Positions 23,389-34,073 are shown, counted from the stretch's first letter. The stretch: 64,000 nucleotides of DNA from Synechococcus sp. (GCA_047285535.1 JBJBDC010000001.1:2592136-2656135), one strand, 5' to 3'. The notes: a model not told the origin generated them from the letters alone. Numbers and translations: made by a program.

Positions 23389-24006
23389 TTAAGTCGACTG
23401 GCCAAACCATGGGGGTTCCTGACCCGGGTTCCACTTGATGTTGCAGCCCACGGAGGGCAGCTGCGTCTCGCTGACAGCGGCTCCGGTCAAGATATTTGTG
23501 AGAGCAGCCCGTAGATCAGCGCCGTCGAGAGGCTGGTCATTTCCTGGCCGACTCGCATCGAGTTGGCCTCGATAGCGCAGGGTTTGTATGCCATTGGCAT
23601 CGGGTGCAAAGGCATAGAACTCAGGGGTGCAGGCGCCACGCAGGTCTTTGGCCAGCGTTTGTTGTTCATCCAGTAGATAGGGGAAGCGCCAACCCTGCTG
23701 ATCGGCCTGTTGACGCAGCCCATCACGTCCGTCTTGAGGGTGGGTGGTAAGGCTATTGCTGGAGATGGCGAGCAGGGTGATCTGGTCTCTGAAATCCGCC
23801 TCCAAACGGGTGATCTCTGGCTCCACGTGTTTCACGAATGGACAGTGAGCACAAATCAGCATCACCAACAGAGGACGCCCTGGAAGATCACCGCTACTCA
23901 CCAGCTCATCCAGCGAGGACCAGGGCGCATGACCCGACACCATGGGTAGTGAAAATTGAGGCAGAGGATGCTGAAGTGACAGCATCGTGGATGGCGTCAG
24001 GACCAT
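23389..24006 (-). CDS. Thioredoxin-fold (AhpC/TSA-like) protein
   Basis: CAHCPFV, ACTPEF, YRGQLD, SVGCNIKW. Confidence 0.88.
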   Translation of the reverse strand: MVLTPSTMLSLQHPLPQFSLPMVSGHAPWSSLDELVSSGDLPGRPLLVMLICAHCPFVKHVEPEITRLEADFRDQITLLAISSNSLTTHPQDGRDGLRQQADQQGWRFPYLLDEQQTLAKDLRGACTPEFYAFAPDANGIQTLRYRGQLDASRPGNDQPLDGADLRAALTNILTGAAVSETQLPSVGCNIKWNPGQEPPWFGQST

Positions 24007-24077
24007 GGCATCGAGCGATGGTGAATCGTTTCATCCTGGGCCGATACAGAATTACCTGTCAAAGCAGGTTCGAGTTG

Positions 24078-24581
24078 ATGGTGCGGGTGTTGACAATGGT
24101 GGTCATGGCAGGACTGTTGAGCGCCTGTGCGCAGAAGAAATCAACCACCTGGAAAGTCTTTCCCTTGCAGCGAAATACGCCCCACGACGGACTCGCTGTC
24201 GTCAGTCAACCCGATGGCTATGGGGTTCATCTTTATTTGGAAACCGATACCAGCGATCCAGCTGTGTGTTCACCACGCTGGCTTCCAGATCCGGCGCGAT
24301 TGTTTAATGGCAACGGCAGTGCTCCCTTTAGTTCGGGATTGGCGCCCCGGGAAGAGTTCCTTGCTGCGGTGAATCGGAGAGATGTTCGCAACATCCTGAA
24401 GCAGGAGCTAGAAGCGCTGTGCAAGCTCCGAGCTCCTCAGGCGCGTTGGCAATGGCTGGAACCACCGTTGAAGGCATCAGAGCTGATGCCTGTGAGCCTT
24501 CCTGCCTGGGAATACCCAGACCTTCTTACCGATCCTGCTGAGGAAAAACAGCGCGAGGACCAGCTTCTCAAGGAGAACTAA
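24078..24581 (+). CDS. Hypothetical lipoprotein
   Basis: Signal with lipobox (MVRVLTMVVMAGLLSAC); fills the gap between genes. Confidence 0.7.
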   Translation: MVRVLTMVVMAGLLSACAQKKSTTWKVFPLQRNTPHDGLAVVSQPDGYGVHLYLETDTSDPAVCSPRWLPDPARLFNGNGSAPFSSGLAPREEFLAAVNRRDVRNILKQELEALCKLRAPQARWQWLEPPLKASELMPVSLPAWEYPDLLTDPAEEKQREDQLLKEN

Positions 24582-25009
24582 AACCCCTCCCAGACCACAG
24601 GTTCCGCCTCTCGCCAGTAGCGGCTAAAGCGACCCAGTCGCGGTGGCTTGGGTAACTCCACAAAGGGATCCGGATCGAGCATGCATAGGGGAAGCTCCCG
24701 ATCAATGGCCGCAGCGATGCGTTGGAGGCGGGGATCCACCATGGTGCTGGTGACCACAGCGTCGGCTCCGTGGCGTTGGGCGAAACGCAGCACCTCATGC
24801 GGCACATCACCTCGGCGCAGGGTGAGCGGAAGGCTTAAGACGGATTCGTACAAAAAACCAATGCGTTTCCGGCTGATGGACTGATCTTGAATCCAGGCAT
24901 CGTCGAATACGAACAGACCTGGTGCGTTGGGGTAGTTCTGAAGAGCGGGGTTGGCTGGTCCGAGGGCTTCCTCATGGACCCAGAGAATTGGTTTGCGGGG
25001 GTCCATCAA
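24578..25009 (-). CDS. Stand-alone photolyase antenna-like domain
   Basis: ILWVHEEAL...LFVFD...KRIGFLYES...FSRYW resembles the alpha/beta N-terminal photolyase domain; 4-nt overlap with upstream gene. Confidence 0.75.
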   Translation of the reverse strand: MMDPRKPILWVHEEALGPANPALQNYPNAPGLFVFDDAWIQDQSISRKRIGFLYESVLSLPLTLRRGDVPHEVLRFAQRHGADAVVTSTMVDPRLQRIAAAIDRELPLCMLDPDPFVELPKPPRLGRFSRYWREAEPVVWEGF

Positions 25010-25959
25010 AATCTCTGGGTCCTGGGGCGTGAGCTGAGGCGATGATTCGACTTTTGGCTCGAGCGGGAGACGGACCGGGTTGATCGACGTGCAGTCCCCT
25101 CACGAATGGCTGGCTGAACCTTGAACAGCTGTTGCTCCAACTGTTCGTAACTGCGATCAAAGGGGCAGGATGCGTTGCTGGGACAGTCCTGGCAATACCG
25201 CCCGTTGCTGTAGCGCTCCAGGTTTTGACGATTAAAGACATAGGGCTTGTGGCTGAAGCAGCTGGCGACCCACTGCCAGCTGAGATGGTTGCTGGCAGGG
25301 TCGCCATCCAGCAGGTGCTCGAGGAACCAGTCAGCTCCTGCACGCCAGTGCACCCGTCTCCAGTGCACCACGTAGGCCGCCATCCACATCCGCGCGTGGT
25401 TGTGCAGCCATCCGTGGGTGATTAATTCGTTCCTGAAACCGTCCATGCAGGCCAGTTGTGTGCGTCCCTCCCTGATGTCATCGGGAAGATTTTGCTGATA
25501 CTCAGCGGCTGTAAAGCCGGTTTTGTGATCTTCCTGATCTTGATGAATTCGATTGCCGAGATCGAGCCACATCCGCTGCCAGAAATCACGCCATCCCAGC
25601 TCGTTGATCAGTTTTCCGCCTTCAGCCCTTCCCTGGTTGGTCTGTTTCAGCTGTGAGAAGACGGCATCTCGCACTTCAGCAAGCGTGAGAATTCCGTGGC
25701 GGATGTAGGGCGATAAATGTGTGACGGAGCCGTTGAGGTGGTTGCGACTGCGGCCATAGCGCTTGGCATCCATCGCACTGAGCTGCCGTTCAGCAGCCGC
25801 TCGACCGCCTTCGATCGGACTGAGCTCCCCCGATGCTTTTGGAAACTCTTGCAATAACAGGGAATTTAGCGCCTTGCGCTCGGGAAAATCTCGGGGCAGA
25901 TCTTTGGATTCGCTCGGCCAACTGAGCGGCGCAGCATGCGTCAGCCTTGACACCGGCAC
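25006..25959 (-). CDS. Short photolyase, FAD-binding catalytic domain only
   Basis: VTHLSPYIRHG, ELGWRDFW, GWLHNHARMW, LLDGDPASNHLSWQWVAS; C-terminal CxxCx5C. Confidence 0.85.
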   Translation of the reverse strand: MPVSRLTHAAPLSWPSESKDLPRDFPERKALNSLLLQEFPKASGELSPIEGGRAAAERQLSAMDAKRYGRSRNHLNGSVTHLSPYIRHGILTLAEVRDAVFSQLKQTNQGRAEGGKLINELGWRDFWQRMWLDLGNRIHQDQEDHKTGFTAAEYQQNLPDDIREGRTQLACMDGFRNELITHGWLHNHARMWMAAYVVHWRRVHWRAGADWFLEHLLDGDPASNHLSWQWVASCFSHKPYVFNRQNLERYSNGRYCQDCPSNASCPFDRSYEQLEQQLFKVQPAIREGTARRSTRSVSRSSQKSNHRLSSRPRTQRF

Positions 25960-26059
25960 TTTTCAAACAATGCCCCACCATGCTGTCGATGTGTCGTTGT
26001 CAGCGTGAGTGCCCCGGCATGGGAGAGAATCGCTCGGATTAACTCCTGGGTGCGGCCTG

Positions 26060-26842
26060 ATGCTTCTTGATCTCACTAGTAAGAAGATCCTTGTGACTGG
26101 CATCGCCAACAATCGCTCCATTGCCTGGGGCATCGCGCAACAGCTCAAGGCGGCTGGAGCCGAGCTCGGGATCACTTACCTTCCTGATGAGAAGGGCCGC
26201 TTTGAATCCAAGGTTCGTGAACTCACGGCTCCGTTAGAGCCTTCGTTGTTTCTGCCTCTGAATGTTCAGGATGCCGCTCAGATGGAGACGGTATTCGCTG
26301 AAATTGCAGACAAGTGGGGGCAGCTAGACGGCCTCGTTCACTGTTTGGCGTTTGCGGGAAAGGATGAATTAGTGGGCGATTTCAGCGCCACGACGGCGGA
26401 GGGTTTTGCACGTGCTTTAGAGATCAGCGCTTATTCCCTTGCACCTCTGTGCCGTCATGCCAAGCCTTTGTTCAGTGAGAATGCAGGTGTGGTGACCTTG
26501 ACCTACCTCGGAGCTGAGCGGGCGATTCCCAATTACAACGTGATGGGTGTGGCGAAGGCGGCTCTGGAAGCCTCCGTTCGGTACCTGTCTGCTGAGCTTG
26601 GACCCGAAAAGCAGGTGCGAGTGAACGCGATCAGTGCTGGTCCGATCCGCACGTTGGCTAGCTCAGCTATTGGAGGCATTCTCGACATGATTCACAATGT
26701 TGAAGAGAAGGCGCCGCTGCGTCGAACGGTGACTCAGAACGAAGTTGGAAACACTGCTGCTTTTCTTCTCAGTGATCTCTCCAGTGGGATATCTGGTCAA
26801 ACCATTTATGTCGATGCTGGCTACTGCATCAACGGGATGTGA
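26060..26842 (+). CDS. fabI: Enoyl-ACP reductase
   Basis: GIANNRSIAWGIA, YNVMGVAKAALE, SAGPIRTLAS. Confidence 0.97.
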   Translation: MLLDLTSKKILVTGIANNRSIAWGIAQQLKAAGAELGITYLPDEKGRFESKVRELTAPLEPSLFLPLNVQDAAQMETVFAEIADKWGQLDGLVHCLAFAGKDELVGDFSATTAEGFARALEISAYSLAPLCRHAKPLFSENAGVVTLTYLGAERAIPNYNVMGVAKAALEASVRYLSAELGPEKQVRVNAISAGPIRTLASSAIGGILDMIHNVEEKAPLRRTVTQNEVGNTAAFLLSDLSSGISGQTIYVDAGYCINGM

Positions 26843-27744
26843 TTCAACCGCGCGGATGTCTTGATTATTTCCAGCTCGCTTGGTGGTTGATTTCTCGCCA
26901 GAGGAGAAGTCTTTTACTTGCCACTCTTTTATGTGCTTTAAGTCTTCCCCTCAACGAAACGATCACCTCTGCCCTGCTGCCTGAAACCCTGGTTCAGGTT
27001 CTGGGTCTTCTACTCAGCCTTTTTCTTGGCTTCCGTTACAGCCAGGCCTATGACCGTTGGTGGGAAGCACGTGTGCTTTGGGGTGAATTGGTCAACCAGA
27101 GTCGCAACTGGCGTGACCTCCTGATCAGCATCTTGCCCCACCATCTACCGATATCAGTAAGGCATCGTCTTCTTCATCAAGTTGTTCTGCTTGTTTGGTG
27201 TCTGAATTCCCAGTTGCGATGCACCACCACCGATAGCGAACCCATCCTTCTTCCATTGCGCGTCCGTGATCTTGCCCTCAGTCTTGGGATTCCAGATCCA
27301 TCTGTGCAGGTGCTGCTCCAGCAGCTGGCGCGTGAGCAACTCAAGTTGCGTCATGGTGATTGGGTTGACAGCATCGAACGCCGCGAGCTTGGTCGGGTGC
27401 AACAGTCTCTTACCAATGCGATTGGCGGCCTGGAACGCATCCGTCACCAGCCTCTGCCTGCTTCCTCGACTTTTTTCATTCGTGTGCTGGCCTGGGTCTA
27501 TGGATATTTGGTTTTTCTCAAGCTGGATGCTCTTGGGTTCTCCAGCGGGATGGTTGTGGGTTGGCTTGTCTTTCTGATTTTTCTTATGGCTGAGCGGATT
27601 GGAACCTACCTTGACCAGCCGTTTATTGACGCTCGTTTTGCTTTGCCCATGGACCGACTTTGTTCCTTAATCAGCAGCGATCTTCTCGGTTCATCTCATC
27701 CATTAGCTCAAGTCGCATCTACCAATGGTCCCTGGCTGCGCTAG
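26839..27744 (+). CDS. Bestrophin-family (YneE/UPF0187) ion channel
   Basis: LFLGFRYSQAYDRWWEARVLWGELVN, GGLERIRHQPLP, LDQPF; hydrophobic helices. Confidence 0.85.
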   Translation: MIQPRGCLDYFQLAWWLISRQRRSLLLATLLCALSLPLNETITSALLPETLVQVLGLLLSLFLGFRYSQAYDRWWEARVLWGELVNQSRNWRDLLISILPHHLPISVRHRLLHQVVLLVWCLNSQLRCTTTDSEPILLPLRVRDLALSLGIPDPSVQVLLQQLAREQLKLRHGDWVDSIERRELGRVQQSLTNAIGGLERIRHQPLPASSTFFIRVLAWVYGYLVFLKLDALGFSSGMVVGWLVFLIFLMAERIGTYLDQPFIDARFALPMDRLCSLISSDLLGSSHPLAQVASTNGPWLR

Positions 27745-27798
27745 CCGTTGTTCGCGATGATTGGATCAGTCACGGGGCGTCCAGCGGCGCCGGAATGA

Positions 27799-28404
27799 AT
27801 GCGCATCGGCGAGATCCATCGGGTAACTGGTGAGACGGATGTCAAGGTGCTGGTTGGGCTCGATGGCAGCGGTCGCTGCATGGCCAGCACTGGTGTGCCC
27901 TTTCTCGATCACATGCTTCACCAGATCAGCAGCCATGGCCTGATCGACTTGGAGATCACGGCAAGTGGTGATACGCATATTGATGACCATCACACCAATG
28001 AGGATGTAGGGATTGCGATCGGTCAGGCGCTCTCGCAGGCCCTTGGTGATCGTCGCGGGATCCATCGCTTTGGCCACTTCGTGGCCCCGCTGGATGAAGC
28101 GTTGGTGCAGGTGGTTCTTGATTGCTCCGGCCGCCCCCATCTCAGCTTTGGGCTCACGATCCCAACGCAGAAGATCGGCACCTACGACACTGAATTGGTG
28201 AAAGAGTTTTTTGTAGCTGTCGTCAATAATTCAGGCCTCACCTTGCACATTCGCCAATTGGAGGGGGTGAACTCTCACCATATTGTTGAGGCCTGCTTTA
28301 AGGCTTTTGCAAGGGCGCTACGGATGGCGACTGAGATTGATCCGCGCAGGTCCGGAGCCGTGCCCAGCAGCAAGGGAGTGCTGGAACAAGCTGGTGCTAG
28401 CTAG
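27799..28404 (+). CDS. hisB: Imidazoleglycerol-phosphate dehydratase
   Basis: [31 protein letters not shown]. Confidence 0.97.
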   Translation: MRIGEIHRVTGETDVKVLVGLDGSGRCMASTGVPFLDHMLHQISSHGLIDLEITASGDTHIDDHHTNEDVGIAIGQALSQALGDRRGIHRFGHFVAPLDEALVQVVLDCSGRPHLSFGLTIPTQKIGTYDTELVKEFFVAVVNNSGLTLHIRQLEGVNSHHIVEACFKAFARALRMATEIDPRRSGAVPSSKGVLEQAGAS

Positions 28405-28477
28405 CCAGCAGATCTTCTTGTAGGGCCACGCTTCATGGTCTGTTACGAGAAGATGGTGATTGCGTCTGGGTAGCCCA

Positions 28478-29962
28478 GTGACCGTTGCACCCACCTCTGC
28501 CCGTTTCGATCGTTCCGAATGGTCCAGTGCCTTCCGCAACGTTGAAGAAGAACTCACTGATGTCTTGTTGAAACCAGTGAGAGGCGCCGTGCCGGAAGAG
28601 CTGAGAGGAACGCTCTATCGCAATGGACCGGGTCGGCTAGAGCGCGACGGACAGAGGGTCCATCATCCATTCGATGGTGATGGGATGATCACGGCTCTGC
28701 ATTTCGATGCAGAGGGCGTGCGTTGCAGCAATCGATTCATTCGCACCAGCGGATGGCTAGCTGAAGAGAGGGCTGGAAAGGTGCTGTTTCGTGGCGTTTT
28801 TGGAAGCCACAAACCAGGCGGACCGCTTGCTAATGCCTTCGATCTTCGGCTCAAAAATATCGCTAACACGGGTGTGGTTCGGCTCGGAGATGATCTCCTT
28901 GCCCTATGGGAAGCGGCTGAACCTCATGCCTTAGATCCCCGGACTCTTGAGACCAGGGGCTTGTCGCTACTTGGTGGTGTGCTGCAGAAAGGGGAGGCGT
29001 TTAGTGCTCATCCTCGATTTGACCCCGGTCATCATGGTGAGTCGCGGATGGTGACCTTCGGGGTCAAGACGGGTCTTCGTAGCACCGTTCGTTTGATGGA
29101 ATTTGCCACAGTTGACAATTCTCTTGCTGGAATTCGAGCTGGCGATTTACTCAGTGATCGTCGTGACACTTTCACTGGATTTGCCTTTCTTCATGACTTC
29201 GCAATCACTCCGAATTGGGCGGTATTTCTTCAGAACGCTATCAATTTCAACCCACTTCCATATATTTTAGGTCAAAAAGGCGCAGCTCAATGTCTCACTT
29301 CAAATCCAAATGGAAAGGCCAAGTTCTGGTTAATCCCTAGAGATAGTGGTGCTTTCGCTGGTGAGAGACCAAGGATTATCGATGCTCCAGATGGATTCGT
29401 TTTTCATCACCTCAACGCATGGGAAGATGGCGGTGATGTAGTGGTGGAGAGCATTTACTACAGCGATTTCCCTGCGATTGGTCCTGATCAGGATTTTACT
29501 GATGTCAATTTCGATCTGATCCCTGAAGGGTTGCTCGAGCAGTGCCGAATTAATCTTGATTCTGGATGTGTTGAGACCACCCGTTTGAGTGAGCGGTGCT
29601 GTGAATTCGCAATGGTAAATCCCAATCAGGAAGGTTTGCCCTGCCGCTTTGCTTGGATGGCGGCTGCAGCTCGTGAACAAGGCAATGATCCTCTTCAAGT
29701 TGTGAAAAAACTTGATCTGCAAAGCGGCGAACGACATATATGGAGTGCAGCTCCGAGTGGGTTCGTCAGTGAACCGTTGATGGTGCCAAGACCCGGTGCC
29801 AGTGCTGAGGATGAAGGTTGGGTGTTGGACGTGGTTTGGAATGGTGTGCGAGATGCCTCCGACTTGTTCATTCTCGATGCTCGAGACTTAAGCGAAGTCG
29901 CGTTATTGGAACTCCCGTTAGCGATTCCTCATGGGTTACATGGAAGTTGGAGCCCATCTTGA
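28478..29962 (+). CDS. Carotenoid/apocarotenoid oxygenase (RPE65 family, Diox1-like)
   Basis: GTLYRNGPG, HPFDGDG, four Fe-binding His (FSAH, FLHD, FHH, HGLHG). Confidence 0.92.
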   Translation: MTVAPTSARFDRSEWSSAFRNVEEELTDVLLKPVRGAVPEELRGTLYRNGPGRLERDGQRVHHPFDGDGMITALHFDAEGVRCSNRFIRTSGWLAEERAGKVLFRGVFGSHKPGGPLANAFDLRLKNIANTGVVRLGDDLLALWEAAEPHALDPRTLETRGLSLLGGVLQKGEAFSAHPRFDPGHHGESRMVTFGVKTGLRSTVRLMEFATVDNSLAGIRAGDLLSDRRDTFTGFAFLHDFAITPNWAVFLQNAINFNPLPYILGQKGAAQCLTSNPNGKAKFWLIPRDSGAFAGERPRIIDAPDGFVFHHLNAWEDGGDVVVESIYYSDFPAIGPDQDFTDVNFDLIPEGLLEQCRINLDSGCVETTRLSERCCEFAMVNPNQEGLPCRFAWMAAAAREQGNDPLQVVKKLDLQSGERHIWSAAPSGFVSEPLMVPRPGASAEDEGWVLDVVWNGVRDASDLFILDARDLSEVALLELPLAIPHGLHGSWSPS

Positions 29963-31372
29963 TGGCTCTCTGAATCTGCAGGACTGCATGCAGAAAGCCT
30001 CGCGTATGTAAAGCCTCTTGCATACCCTCAGATCAACCCATAGACGTCCATTGTCTATTCCCCTAAAAGCGGCTGAGGAGCACTTCAATCCCTCAGTGAA
30101 AAACAGAGGAGTGAGCCATTCTCAATTCCGTTTCGATGTACTCCTATATCTCTTTTGAAGCTTCTTTTGCTTCTAAATAAATGGCTGGTTTTTTCTTGAT
30201 AAGAATCAGTGTTCGGAAATTGTCTTGCCCTTTTGGTCGACAGCTATTTTGTCTTTAAAGGGCGGGACGACTTGGCGGGTAAACGGATTTATGTGCTCTG
30301 TGTATGTAGCCTGAGCGAGTGATGTTGAGGTAAAAATTTCTTAGCAATGATGAAGTGTTGGGGATTCCTTTTGGGACTTTGGCTTTGCGTTAGGTGCTGA
30401 GATTGTTCCTTGCTATGTTGAATATGCATACGAATCCGTGAGGCCTGAGATAGAATGCATGACTATGCGTTATCAGCAAAAATAGCTGATGGATGCTTCG
30501 CCTTTTAGAACTTAAATCTCGCTCTAGATCAACCATCTTATCTTGACGATCCATCAGGATATTTTACTTTCGAGCAGCTGTAAATTGATAGCTTGTGGAT
30601 GCCTTCGATAGCCATCACTATTGAGTTTCGGTTGATCTTGATGGTAAAGACGTATGGAAAGCCGCCCATGAGCTTGATGAGATGCTAGATCCTCGAGACA
30701 TGAATGCCTTTCTGCTGCTGGTTGTGATGAGGGCTAAATTAATCTTATAAAGTGATGTTGAGTTCGCTGATAGAGGTCTCCAAAAAATTCGATCCGTGGT
30801 TGATTGGACTAGCTTAGTTTAATAGATCTTGCCTGAGCGGATATGGAATTGTCTGCAATCTAATACTGCTAGAGCAATGTTAATACGATCTAAATAGGTA
30901 GTTAACTGATTGCCATGGCTCAATTCTTAGATGAAGATCATTTGCATTCGCTGGAGGTGATATGATAAAAATAAGAAGGAATTGTTTACTGATAGTTTGA
31001 AGGAGGCGCAGTAAGAGGTGCTTTCCAGTTGATGCAACGGATTCACTGCTGATGATTGAAAGATGGAAAAGAATCCATGTACTGCAAGTGTTTTGAGTTG
31101 TCTGAATTGATAGATGATATTGAGTTCATGCGTACTCTTTGATGTATCCGTTACTGCTAGTACTGTCGATCATCGCTTGTTACGTGTAGTCGACGACTCT
31201 TGCGATTTAAATGATGTATTGCTGACATTGATTGTATGGATTTTGCTTTCGCAAGGGAGAATATCCCTGCTGGCATTTTTCTTGTGCGTTTCGTGCCATT
31301 TTTAAGTATTCATCGCAAATGGTTGTGCTGCCCGTAGGTCAGGGCTAAAAGGAGAGAATCTAATCGATTCTT

Positions 31373-32806
31373 ATGTCTCAACGCAATATCTCGATCCGTA
31401 GACGTCTTGGATACTCCTTGGTAGGTCTCTTTACGATTAGCTTTGGAATTTTGTTGATTGGAACTGATCAGATCATCAAACGTGATCGCTTACAGCGTCA
31501 TGAGCGATTGGTGATGGCAACGGGTATGGCCATAGAAAAGGAAGTTAGCAAAGAAGCGGAAGGTCAAAAAAACGTGGGTCTGGATGATCAAACCTATAGA
31601 CAGATTTTGAATAATTTTTCGGCTACTCGTGTACTCGTTTGGTTGAGTCGACCTTCTACAGACCCTCTTTTTCCCAATACGGCTTCTGTTCAACAGTTTT
31701 TTAATGATCCACAACTGTTAGAGGCTGCGGGACTCAATGCTTCGGGAATGCAAAAGCCTAGAAGCTTTACTTTTAAAGGTCAAACCTATTTTACTTGCTC
31801 TATGCCTCTACCAGGTAACCAGGGGGTACTGAGATTTCTCGAAGATGTGGGTGTTAGTCCCGCAGGACGTCAGGAAAATTTGATTTTCTTATTCTTGATT
31901 TGGATTATTTCTGTTGCCATTGCCACAATTCTGATTCGTAGATTGTTAACTACTTCATTGAATCCTTTAATTCGACTTGAATCCATTATGGATGATGTGA
32001 GTTTAAGGCCCTCAGGAGTTGTTTCAGATAAACGTGTTTCTATAGACACGCAACCTGCCGAACTTCAAGGGATTGTGAGATCTTATAATAGACTTGCGGA
32101 TCGATTGCAAGAATCTTGGAGTCAACAATTATTATTCATTCGAGCGGTCAGTCATGAGCTCATTACACCACTCGCATTGATTGGTAGTTCTGCAAGACGG
32201 CTTGATCGACGCTTGACAGATCTTCCAGAATCTGATCGAAAACTCCTTTCAACGATTAAGACTGAGGTTTGGGATGCTGACCACTTAGTAAGAGATCTAG
32301 TGGATTTGGCACGAAGTGAGTCAGGTAGTCTTCATTTAAAATTAGAGGAAGTAAGAGCTATCGAAATTATTGATAATCTTTCTGCTGAGCTTCAACCATT
32401 AAATTGGGGTGGTCGTGTTGTGATGCCTTCGTCAGAGGAATTAAGAGAGGTAGAAACTGTATGCATTACTGTAAATGCACAACGTCTCCGTCAATGTATT
32501 ATTAATGTCATGGAAAATGCTTCAAAATATTCTACTCCCGATACATCGATCGAGCTATCGGTTGGATCTGAAAATCATAAACTTTATTTTGATGTCAGGG
32601 ATTACGGGCAAGGCATATCCGAGGAAGATCAGAAATTAATTTTTAAGGCCTTTCAGCGAGGAAAGAGCAATTTAGCTGACGTCCCAGGATCTGGAATTGG
32701 ATTAGCCTTGGTTTATCAGATTGTGCAACTCATGAAAGGGCAAATCTTTATTTTAACTTCTGGTGAGAGCGGGACAGTAATGCGATTTGAATTTCCTACT
32801 GAATAA
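31373..32806 (+). CDS. Membrane sensor histidine kinase (2 TM, extracytoplasmic domain, HAMP, HisKA, HATPase)
   Basis: H box AVSHELITPL, N box INVMENASKYS, G1 DYGQGI, F box IFKAF, G2 GSGIGLALV; AAGGAG upstream. Confidence 0.92.
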   Translation: MSQRNISIRRRLGYSLVGLFTISFGILLIGTDQIIKRDRLQRHERLVMATGMAIEKEVSKEAEGQKNVGLDDQTYRQILNNFSATRVLVWLSRPSTDPLFPNTASVQQFFNDPQLLEAAGLNASGMQKPRSFTFKGQTYFTCSMPLPGNQGVLRFLEDVGVSPAGRQENLIFLFLIWIISVAIATILIRRLLTTSLNPLIRLESIMDDVSLRPSGVVSDKRVSIDTQPAELQGIVRSYNRLADRLQESWSQQLLFIRAVSHELITPLALIGSSARRLDRRLTDLPESDRKLLSTIKTEVWDADHLVRDLVDLARSESGSLHLKLEEVRAIEIIDNLSAELQPLNWGGRVVMPSSEELREVETVCITVNAQRLRQCIINVMENASKYSTPDTSIELSVGSENHKLYFDVRDYGQGISEEDQKLIFKAFQRGKSNLADVPGSGIGLALVYQIVQLMKGQIFILTSGESGTVMRFEFPTE

Positions 32807-33308
32807 AAGGTAATGCTGTCTTAGGTTTTCATTGGGTCTATGATTCTTGCCATCAGCTTTTTTCTCTTAGACTTTCGTATATAGTCACTTCGTTGGAAAG
32901 TTTGTTTTATCTTTCGCAATATAATGTGAATGGTGTCAAGTCATCCAGCATTTTATAGTGTATCCTTTGGCTCAGTCAGCCAACTTGATTCCTGGCGATT
33001 GTCAAATTCAGGCTCATGCATCCTTTGCTTCATGGGTTAGAATTATATTAGTAATATGTTGTCAATTTTGAAATCAAATGTTGAAAGTGGTTTGGTGGTA
33101 ATCCTTGCTCTTGATCTTTAATCTCTCTTTCTTAGGAAGATTGACTTTGGCCTTTTCAGGGGTTTAACAGTTATTGGTTGATCGAGAAAATTTCAATCTT
33201 CAGCGGTTTGCTTTTGTCCTTCTGCCTAGATACTTAATCAAGTTATTGCCGGCTAAAGGTTTTTCTTTGGGATGCATAGTTTAGATTAAGTGGGACTACT
33301 GGTTGTCA

Positions 33309-33330
33309 GAATCTGCTGAATCTGCTGAAT
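33309..33330 (+). repeat. Short tandem repeat (GAATCTGCT)x2 + GAAT
   Basis: Read directly: GAATCTGCT GAATCTGCT GAAT. Confidence 0.8.
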
Positions 33331-34073
33331 ATGGTGCTTAGTTGCAGGGCTTGTTCACGCTTAAGCCCTTTCCTCATCTATCAGAAGTTGATATTGGCAT
33401 TTGCAATCCAGTGATTGCATTTCTCTGCTTGAAGATGAGCACTTAGATATCGCATTCTTTAGCGTGTTGAAGCAATCAATTGTTTCACTCTTAGCCAACT
33501 TATTTGGCGTGGAGTCCGACTTGTAGCTTCCTGTAAGACAGCCTCAGTCTTAACACACTTGCCTTAAGATCCCTATCTCCTGCATGGACATTAATCAATA
33601 ACAGTCTATCTTCTCTTGCGGGTCTTTGTGTCGTTTGCAGCGTGTTCGGGCTCAAGTTTTAGGCTTCCTTTGAAGCTATTTTGAGTTGTATATCTTTCTG
33701 ATAGTACAAAATTTTAACGTCATCGATTGCTGTATTTATTGGTAAATGATATGCAAATATTATAGGCTCATTGTTTTTTATGTGCTCGTAGATCTGATGA
33801 GTATAAATAGCGGTTGGGTAATGTCTCTTATCATCCTTTGTCTTGACCTGCTGGCGATGGCGTTTGGATTCACTGGCTGATTTTCATTGCTTGGCTTGAG
33901 CTTCGTCAAGCTGTTTTTGTATTCATTGATGCCAAAAGATTTGATCATTTGCGTTTAGCATTTTTCCATGCTAATTGTTTGAATATAGTTGTTTACTTAT
34001 GTTATTCTTTATAAGATTTCTGTTGACTTAAGGGGCAACCGTTGCCATTTTGGTGATGAAACCTTAGATCCAA

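Noticed and set aside
33549..33572. CTTAACAC...CTTAAGAT as a Pho box
   Set aside because: Half-sites are 14 nt apart rather than 11
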